NCBI GenBank assembly: GCA_965603825.1
Contig: CBFDEM010000004.1
Coordinates: 1-64,000 of the forward strand
Reading direction: 5' to 3'
From: Blepharisma stoltei ATCC 30299
Taxonomy: Eukaryota > Protista > Ciliophora
DNA: 64,000 nt
Below the pieces are notes generated by a model. That model made no database searches, had not been told where the DNA came from, and was given only the letters and a program-made list of their open reading frames with translations. This document shows, piece after piece, positions 54,532 through 64,000 of the stretch (positions are counted from its first letter, which is position 1; the number at the start of each line of letters is the position of its first letter). The position numbers were made by a program, and so were the translations under genes.

Positions 54532-55034
54532 CATAGATGATGAATAGCTATATTTGCAGAATATAAATTCAGTTCTATAATTAATTATATAGATCTTGTT
54601 AATAACCATTCGGTGCTTATAGTACAATTAATATTTATATTTTAATAAATGCTAATTAGGCTTTTAACTATAGAAAAAATTTAAAACAATTGCTTTATTT
54701 CCCATATTAAGATTTTTCAGTAGTTTTGAATGGATATGTAAATCTTCATAGTTTTATGAAGAAAATTAAATTGAAAAATACCCAGCTTTGTTTAATTATT
54801 ATAAAAGATGGATGCTAGAATTAGAATGCGAATGGGCGTACTCAACCTTCCTAGTCCCACAAAATTTTCCTTCCCATCAAATAGAATCCTTAATGTTTCG
54901 AACTAAAGTCAGCTCTTAGATATCTAAGAATTAGGGAAATAGCTCTTTCCGTTTTCATAAAAATAGATAAAACAAAGATCCTTAATTATTATTTATATTT
55001 AACGCTTTATTTTTTATATATATATTTTTATTGA

Positions 55035-58000
55035 CTACGGAATAATTTCCATTACTGAATATATTCTCTTCAAGTATTTTTTTTCACTCCAAAAAAATAC
55101 CAAATAAAACCCTAAATAGAAAGCCAAAGAGAAAAAAATAAAAAGTGCCAGATTCATAACAATAATCTGCATTTGGTCATCAATTACGCTTTTTGAATAT
55201 TTGTCAATTTCATCAATAAAAATGTCATATCTGACGTCTAATTCTTGAAGAGCTGACATTAAAGATGTCCAAATATCAGAGGAAGCAAAATCATTTGCTA
55301 TTAAATATGCTTCATTTATTATATTTTCTTTTGCCATAAACACCCCTAATCTGAAAATATCTGCATTAAAGTCCGTGCTTTTTTCATAAAGAATTTTATC
55401 AAAATCTTCAGATACAAAAGAAGAATATTTATTTTTTTTTATGACTGAAGTCGAATATTTAATTTTTGATATAATTTCATTAAATATAGTCACGCTATTT
55501 TCAAAAGGATATGCTGTTGGGAATTGGTAAGCCATCAGCACTCCATAGCCTTCCATAGCGACTTCATTTGTCCATATGCTTAAACTTGTATATAAAATTT
55601 GCAGGTTTATTAAATTTTTTAATAATTCAGGTCTATATACTAAATAGTCTGTGCATTTTTCGTAGAGAGTAGTGATATTTATTATTGAAAATAATAAAAC
55701 AGCTGCCATATAAATAAGCACTCTTCATATATATTTTCAATAGCTTTTAAAGGGATAGGGATTCTTTGAAATATGTCTATCATTTAGTGCAATTTCTGGC
55801 TGAGAATGGACATCTCTTAACCTCTCTAAAATTATTTGCTTGAGGTCAAAGTAGCAGTCATAAGCATTTTTCCTAACAGAGTTTCAAAGTTCGTTTTCAA
55901 TCTTAAAAATTGATATATAGAAGGGGATTATTATGACCATGCATAAGCAAAGTACAAAAGCTCCTAAGGACAATAAAACAATCATCTGTATCTTAAAATC
56001 ACTCATCAAAGATTTTTGGCAGTCTATAATATCATAAAACGAAGCATTGGCATAATGAAGGGCTTCTCCATATCCATTTAATATTAAATATGAAAAATCA
56101 TCAGCTTGGGTTATCTCTGAATTGTTTATTTTGTTCAATATTCCATTTCCCTAGGTAAAATTTACAATTTTAATGAATGTCGCCATTGTGTCGATTAAAG
56201 TTGATTTTGTCTGGTAAATCCCATTATCGGCATTCCATATGTTTAAGTTTTTTTTCAGTCAGAATGTTTTGGCCTGAACAATAATTCCATTTTTCCAAAT
56301 TTGTGGTCACATCTATATATGTATTTTCTAAATCTGTCAAGCAGCTCTGAACATCACCAAAAATTTGCTTTAAAGCTGGATTATCAGGTAAATATACGAC
56401 ATTCATAAATAATTTAGAAACATATGTAAATCTCTGCAAATTTTTAGCTGCTTTTCCTATATTTATAGGAAGTCTCATGTCGCTAATGAAATTTATATTA
56501 GAAAAAGCATAAACTAAGACTGTGATATTGACAGCTAAAACAGTCAAAATCTATATAAAAACTACTGAAAAAACAAAAGCAAAATGGAGCACATTGATTG
56601 ACCTTGATGAAGATTTTATTAGGCAGAGAAGCTTATTGTGGCGAGGGGTTACTGATGTAACAGATTTTTCGCTGCCAAATTTTTCAGAAATATCATCAGC
56701 ATTTTTTCCTTGGAATTCCTTTGAATTTTTATGTAAAGGTCTTTTTGAATTTAAATTTTCGTCTGAATTCTGACTCCCTTTATTAAAAGAGCCATCAGTT
56801 TTGTTAGAGCTTAAAGATCCTGATAAGTTTAAAGATAAAAATTGAGTTGGTGCTTGGATTTGGTCATTATTGCTTTGGGAGATTCCATTTTTTCATTTTA
56901 AGACCTCGTCATAGTCATTTATTAAGATAACGTAAGGTATTTTTATTTCGTAAAATTTTGAATAAGACAGAATAATATATGTTTTTAGGCTTGGTAAATG
57001 GTAAGGAATATCTGGCTGTAAGCTGATTTCTTCTGAATTAAAAAATAAATTTTTCAGGCTTAATCCGACTAAGCTTTCAGATTTTCCTATAGATTTTGAG
57101 AAATTATCTGAGTGGCAGATGATTTCTTGTGCTTCAGATATCAATGCAACCTCATGCTTAGAGCTTTTTGGCTTAAAGACCAGTATAGCCATAAGCAAAT
57201 TATTGATTGAAGTTAATAATACTTTTCCTTCAAGCTGTAATAGAATGTTTCCATCTTTTATCAAAAAAAATCCTTTGCTTAGATCCATTCCTGAAAAAGA
57301 GCTATAATGAATGAATCATTTAGTATCCTCCCTGAATTTATCTTTATAATAAGGATGAATAAAATTTGAAAAGTTTTCATTTTCAATATTACCAATTGGG
57401 AGTTTCAAAAATTCTGCCGCTTTTTGGTCTGCATATACAATTTCACCAAAATTCCTGTCCTCATTGGAAATAATAAGAGTTCCATTATTTTCATTAAAAA
57501 AACTAAATTCTTTAGAATCCCCATTAAAATTTTTAAGAGCTTTATCAACAGATCTCAGCTTAGCCTCAAGAGAAATTGACTTTTCTGTGTTATAAATAAT
57601 ATCTTTGCAATATGAATGATAAAGAGAGAGTAAGCTTTTGGAATTTGGGAATTTCGTAATTAACTGGTCATATTTTTTATTTAATAGCAAAATTTCGTCT
57701 TCAATAGAGTAAAGTTTTTTTCTTAATTTTGGAAGATTTGGCTCATGTGATGTAATTTCGCTTCAAAAAAGAAGCAAATTTATGCATAATTGTTTTTCTT
57801 CATTTTTAACTATAATGCTTTGCAGAAAATAATCAGAAAATTGTGAGTCTTCAGATAGGCATGTATTGGAAATATTTTTCTGGCATAAATATTCTTGATA
57901 GTTAGACTCTAAGCTTCAGTCTAAAATATTTTTGGTTTTGCTGAGCTTGATTTTTGCTAAAGATTCATCTTTTAGTGTATATAAACAGTAATTCGCTGCT

Positions 58001-59199
58001 CATATAGCTTGAAGCTTATTCCCATTTAAACCTTTTTGTATAAAAAAATTCTCAAAGACTCTGATTATTTGGTCTTTATGCTCTGCATCATTTGAGCATA
58101 ATGCATATCTGAGAGATTTTTCTAAGGTATATTGAGACTCTATTTCTATTAAATCTTCAGGAATAGCTTGAGTAGTTTCTTTTTGAGATTTAAGGGAAAA
58201 TTGGATTACAAAAATAGCTGATAATGGCACTAAAATAACTGCTAGCATAGAAATAGCCAAGGAATTATCCATAAGGCTTCCTAAAAGAAAAATCGAAGCA
58301 ATAAAGCCAATAAAATATAGCCGTATTAGTATTACAGAATTGAGAAAAATCGAAAAATAAGGCAAAAGTTCTATAGTTTCTGTAATTAAAAGAATTGCAA
58401 AAATAATGACTAAAATTTGTAAATAAATAATATAATTTTCAGCAAGCATCACATAAACTATTGGGGAAAAAAAAGTAAAAATAGCTATATGAACGTCTAT
58501 TTTTGAGTGAGCTTTTGCATTTATTTTTATTTTATTTACAGAATGCCTGATTTCTCCTGAAAATTCCACTTGAAATAATTTCAAAATAAAAGTAATTAAT
58601 ATTGCAAAAACAATACTTATTTGCAATGGAGAAACCATACTAAATTCTCCTAATTCACTGTGATTTTCATATTCTGATACTTTAGTTTTCGGCAGAAAAC
58701 TATACTTTAGAAAAATGGAAAATATCTGAATAGAAGGAACCAAAAAAAAATTTAATCAAATATAAATAATTCTTGAAAATATATTGAGAGCTAGCCTGGG
58801 GTATGGATAAGAATAATAAATAATAATAACAAAAATAATTAGGACAATAAAATTACCATATGCTAGTAGCATGGACAGATAAAAACACCAGTCAAATACT
58901 CCAAGCATTGAGCAAGTGTTATCAAATTTCAAATAACCAATGATATCTCATATAATCATATTTTTGTGTCAATTTTTAACAGGGAGGTCTGGGATTCATA
59001 GCAGACTTACAATTTGGAGGCTCCAAATAATGCTTTTAATTATTATTTTGAATTTTTGGTTTAAAGCAGAATTTTCCTCATAATTCATCAGTTGATAAAG
59101 CTCAAACACAGAATCTTTTATAGATTTTTCTTCTTTGCTTTTTCAAATTTTGTGTGTGACGATGAAACCTTCTTCAACTTCGCTTCTGAGACGAGCCAT
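55035..59199 (-). CDS. Membrane PAS protein copy F with one +1 frameshift in a homopolymer (56248-56255); introns 56551-56565, 56151-56165
   Basis: Span is 3n+1. Removing one base of the T8 run restores EKNLNIWNADNGIY. Either a sequencing error or a young pseudogene. Confidence 0.8.
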
Positions 59200-59910
59200 A
59201 TAGTCAATAAATTAATTCTAAAATAAAGAAAAATATGCATTAATTATTGAAATAATTATTATATGAAATTTAACTAGTCATAACTGATTTTATAAATTCC
59301 AAAAATTCCAAAGTCTGGCTTTTGGACATTTTAGCAAGGCTATATTAGGGAAATTTTAATAATTAGCAGCTTGCCATATTAAGCCTTTTCGAAAAGTAAT
59401 TTTTAACAGAGGAATATTTTTGTTAATTAAAATCTAAAAGAAATGACTATATTAATAAGATTTTGGAATCTAATGAAAAATTAATTCAAATTATGAAGCG
59501 TATGTTTTAGAAATAAATAATAATTTAGTTTTAATTATATTTACTTTATAAATAATTATTAGGCATAATTTGCTGTATCGAATATATTTTCTGCAAATAT
59601 TTTTTCTCATTTCTGAAAAACAACAAACTGAATCCAAAATAAGCCACAAATGAGAAAGCAATAAAAATAAACAACGCTGCTTCTATAATTACCATTTGAT
59701 CATCAATAACGCTTTGCGAATATTTATCAATATCGTCAGTAGTAGCCTTGTCAAAAAATTCATCTATTAGCTTAAGATTTTCTATTCAAATAATCCAAAA
59801 ATCAACATTACCTTCACCATATCCTTCTATATATGCATCAAATATTCATAATCCTTGAGCTGAGTATACTCCAAAAGCAAAAAAATCTGAGAAAAAGGGT
59901 GTGCTAAAGG

Positions 59911-59965
59911 TATAGTGACTTCAGGTAGATGGCGCATTCCGCGCCATCTACCTGAAATCTCTATA
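59911..59965. mobile_element. TA-bounded palindromic insertion (25-bp arms, 5-nt loop)
   Basis: TATAGTGACTTCAGGTAGATGGCGC-ATTCC-GCGCCATCTACCTGAAATCTCTATA, 23/25 complementary. Removing 53 bp restores NQLPLAHPF. Confidence 0.8.
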
Positions 59966-62900
59966 ATTGGTTTCATAGCCCCATGCCATATGTTTCTCCA
60001 CTCATTTGTTGGGCCCAGATACCTAAAGATGTGTATAAGACTTGCATTTGGATTAAATCTTTAATTATTTCTGGTCTTTCAGTTAAATATTGTGAGCATT
60101 TTTCATAAAAATAAGCTATGTTTATTAAGCTGAAAAATATAACAGCTGCAAGCATGCAAGTGTCCTTCAAGAATATTTCCAATAGCTTTTAAAAGTGCAA
60201 GGCTTCATAAAGTTCTTTTGATGAGAAAAGAGGGACTCCTGCTGAAGGTGTATTTCTTTTAGCCTTTTTAAAAGTGCTTGTTTAAGCTCAGAGCTATTGC
60301 CAAAAGCTTTTTTTCTAATGCTCCCTCAAAGAGTATTTTCTATCTTAAAAATCGAATAATAAAAAGGAAGCGCTATAAAAATGCAAACAATAAGCGCAGC
60401 AAGACCTAGTATTAAAAGCAGAGCCATTTTGGATTTAAACTCAGCCATCATTGATTTTTGGCATTCTATAATGCTAATTAACGATTGATTACAGTAGTCA
60501 AGTGCTACTCCCCATCCATTCAAAATAAAAAATCTGAACAAATTTCATGGCATTTCTGACGGATTTTCGATTTTTCTTTTAAATTCATTTCCCTATATAA
60601 TTTATACAGAATTGATAAACATTAGAATAGCAGATAATAAATTTTCTTTCTTTCTTATAGTTGAATCTTCTGTGCTCCATAATAAAATATTTTCGTCTCC
60701 TAAAATACTTTGGCCAGAGCAAGTGCTTCAGCTTTGGTAGCTAGATATTATGTTTGCATAAATCTGTTCTAAATCTGACAAGGCCTTTGCAAACTTTTCA
60801 TTTGAAGCTTTTACTTCTTTATCGCCATTTTCAATGTGAAGATATGGCAGCATTATCTGAACTTGTGCATAAATAGCAAGTCTTTGGAAATTTTCCCCAG
60901 CTCTTCCTATATTTATCGGAAGATTCATGTCACTTATAAATTTAATGCTAGCAAAAGCATAGGCTAAAACAGCAATATTTACAGCTAAAACAATTATAAT
61001 CTGAATAACAATTACAGACAAAGCAAAAGCGAGATTTAAAATATTGATGGATCTGGCTGATGAATTTACCATATTGAGATACTTGTGCATGGCTGAATTT
61101 TGGAATTTTCATCATCATGATTATTTGATGTGTCCTTTTCTGTCTCTTCTTCATAAGAGTCAGTAAAAAAATTCATTTTTGAGTCATAGTATTCTCCTTG
61201 GTTTTCTCTATTAAAAGAGCTGGCAGTCCGAAAAGTGTCACATTCTGAAATTTTCATAGATAATCTATTTTTCGTAACTTATAAATATTTTTCATCATTT
61301 TGAGCAGCTTCATTAAAATTCTCCCATTTACGAATTTCTTCACTATCATGTATTAGCGATACATATGAGATTTTTATATGATAAATTTCATAATATGACA
61401 ATGTCAATAAAAATTCACCAGAATTTTGTTTTATATGATACGGCACAAATGGCTTTAAATCAAAATATTCTGAGTTTAAAAATAATGTTTTTAGTTTAAA
61501 TCCTATCAAATCAGGTTTTCCTGCAAGCTTAGAGAAATTAGGTGAGTGGCTGACGATTTCTCCATCATCAGAAATCAAGGCAATTTGATTGGCATTCTCT
61601 TTTGGCTTTAAAATAATTATAGCGACGAGTAAGCTATTTATTGAAGTCACCCATAGCTTTCCAGTAAACTCTAATAAGCTATTATGGATACTTAAAAAGA
61701 AACCTTCGCTTAAATCCATCTCTGAAACTGAGCTGAACTGAATAAATTGTCTGGCTGCTTCTTTAATCCTCTCTCTATAGTAAGAATCAATAAAATCAAA
61801 AAAATTGCTAGTAAATAATCCTATTTTTAGGAAGTCTAAATATCTCAGATAATCTTTGGTTACAATGGATAATTTCTCCAAAATTATTTTTTTCATTTGA
61901 TATTATTAAAATTCCATTGAGATGATGGGAAAAGCTGAAAATAGTCGAATTATTTTGGGTATTTGATATGGATTTTTCAAGCACTTTTAACTTTACTTCA
62001 ATTTGTCTCGATTTTTCGATATCATAAATAATCTGTTTATAATATGATGCTAAAAGAACCAAGGATTCTTTTGAATTAGGAAATTTTATGCATATTTGGC
62101 TATATTTCGTATTTAAATTAGAAATACTTTTGTTTATGGAATTCAAGTCTGTTTTTAGCTTTTTTAAGCTTGGTTTAGCTAGGGTAATCTCGTTTCAAAA
62201 TTTAAATAAATTGATACATAATTGTTTATCTGCTTTTTTTATTATGTGAAATTGCAAAAAATAATCTGAAAACTGAGAGCTTTGAGAAGAACAAGCATTT
62301 GAGATATTTTTCTTACATAAATATTCTTGATAGTTTGCTTCGAGACTAAAATCAAAAATATTTTTGGTTTTATTTAGCTTAATTTTAGCTAAAGATTCAT
62401 CTTGCAATGTAAATAAGCAATAATTTGCTGCTCATATCGCTTGAAGTTTGTTTCCGTCTAGCTTTTTTTCTATATAGAAATTCTCAAATATTTGGATTAT
62501 TTCGTCTTTATGCTTAGTATCATTTGAGCACAATGCATGTCTGATGCTTTTTTCTAATTCATATTGAGAATTTATTCCCAATAAAATTTTCAGTATATAG
62601 TTGCTTACTTTTCTTTGAAATTTAAGTGAAAATTGAATAATAAAAATTGCTAATAGCGGCCCTAAAATAAATGCTAGTAAAGAAATAGCCAATGAATTAT
62701 CCATAAGACGCCCTAAAAGAAAAATAAAGGAAGCTAAAGCAATAAAAAACAGTCTAAGAATTATAACTATATTGCAAAAAATGAATAATAAGGCAAAAGC
62801 GTTAAGACTTCTTTTATTAAAGTGGCTGGGAAAATAAATGCTAAAATGTGCAAATACAATATGTGATTTTCAGCTAGGATTGCATAAGCAATTGGAAAAG

Positions 62901-63139
62901 AAAAGCTAAATAGTAATAGATGAGCGTCAATCTTTGAATGTGCCTTTGCTTTTAATGTCTTTTTGCTTGCAGAATGTCTAATTTCGGCTAAGAATTCAAT
63001 ATAAAGTAGCATCATTGCAAATGAAATTATTATTGCAAGCATAATTGTGGTTTTTCAAAAATAATTTACTTCAAAATCAGATTAGTTTAGATTAGATTAG
63101 AACTCAATCTACGTCTTTATGACAGAAATTTTATATGCT

Positions 63140-63625
63140 TATCAATCAGAAGGCACAATTTCTTATTCCGCAGAGGTCATTGGGGACTCTGAATATGCTT
63201 CTTATATTTTTGCAACGAAATCCTGAAATATATTTGGGATATTCCATCTTGATTTGCCATCACCATTTTTAAATTAAAACTTTATTTATAGATGGAGTTT
63301 AAATAATGCAAAATAAAGACACCATTACAGTTTTATAATTCTAAAATTCAAACCGCCTCAGTCGAATAAGATTTTTAATATTTAAAATGCTAATTTGAAA
63401 AAATGAATTTGTCTTGTTGTCCAAAAATGTAAAGCAAAGGTTTCATTATCATTTATCAATTTTTTAATTCATATTTCCAATTAAATTGCCCCAAGGAATA
63501 GGAGTCTTAATATTTAAGATTGTAATGGTAAATCAAGATGTTGAATAGTGAAAAATATGAATCAGTGGGCGAGTCCAAAAAGGGTATAATAAAGGTACCA
63601 TTATTATTTATTAATTATTTAAATT
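63140..63625. mobile_element. Non-homologous insert with degenerate inverted repeats in copy G
   Basis: About 480 bp stands where paralogs have roughly 110-130 bp. CATCTTGATTTGCCATCACCATT (from 63245) is an imperfect inverse of 63518-63540. Boundaries approximate. Confidence 0.45.
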
Positions 63626-64000
63626 TCTAAGAATAATAAATAAAGATAACCAATATGATCGTACTTATAAAGCTAGCATAAGTAAATATAAACAATAAAT
63701 AAAAACATTCATCAATCATTCCTAATTCTGAGCAAATACTATCAAATTTGGAGAATCCAATAACTTCTCATATAGTATTATTATTGTTTCAATTAGCAAT
63801 TGGCATATCAGGAACTCATAATAGGCTTATAGTTTGAAGGCATCATATTGTAGCCTCTATCGCTACTAAAATTTGTTGACTTACAACAGAATTTACTTGA
63901 TTGTCGTTAATATTGAAGAGCTGCCAATAAAACTCAAAAATCGAATTCTTGATTGATTTTTCTTTTTCAATTTTTCATAGCTTATGACTTGAATTTTGAG

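Larger units (their letters stand above)
59546..64000 (-). pseudogene. Membrane PAS protein copy G, pseudogene; 5' end runs off the window
   Basis: Frameshifts near 62770, 61810, 61100 and 60160, premature TAA at 61279, ~46-codon deletion near 59890, two insertions. Introns still recognisable at 61001-61015 and 60593-60607. Confidence 0.85.

Noticed and set aside
54915-54930. 16-bp palindrome TCTTAGATATCTAAGA (also short direct and inverted repeats at 49405-49520)
   Set aside because: Short and AT-rich, expected by chance or local slippage; no empty-site evidence.
4295-63042. Dozens of short ORFs ending in TGA, suggesting pseudogenes or small proteins
   Set aside because: The TGAs fall at conserved Trp positions (Rab WDT, TTLL WIIKP, myosin FDWLV) and the frames continue, so these are fragments of long genes.
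1644-64000. Window being a germline (MAC+IES) assembly
   Set aside because: Nearly all genes read through without insertions; only one clean IES-like element was found in about 45 kb of coding DNA.

Overview
Left end of a gene-dense, AT-rich ciliate macronuclear chromosome, most likely from Blepharisma. Three features point there: a 1.64-kb (CCCTAACA)n telomere, UGA read as Trp at conserved Trp positions (TAA/TAG are the only stops), and 15-16 nt spliceosomal introns. The supplied ORF track treats TGA as a stop and ignores the introns, so it fragments most genes; I rebuilt them by hand. Positions 2.4-29.4 kb hold a decayed kelch gene, a divergent Rab, GPI8, a bromodomain-ET protein, a myosin-like protein with dead nucleotide motifs, mitochondrial ACP, a TTLL enzyme, MYCBP, TypA/BipA, DAP3/mS29, two Cys-rich GPI-type surface proteins, a RING-H2 ligase and several unknown genes. 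Positions 29.5-64 kb are a tandem array of seven ~1,380-1,410 aa multi-pass membrane PAS proteins (TmcB-like) with no recognisable output domain, plus two relic fragments. Best leads: a 72-bp TA(A)-bounded IES-like insertion in copy B, a 53-bp TA-bounded palindrome and a larger inverted-repeat insert in pseudogene copy G, the pseudo-myosin, the diversifying PAS receptor array, and a possible RNase P/MRP-like RNA at ~21 kb. All family assignments rest on motif recognition by eye; no database search was run.
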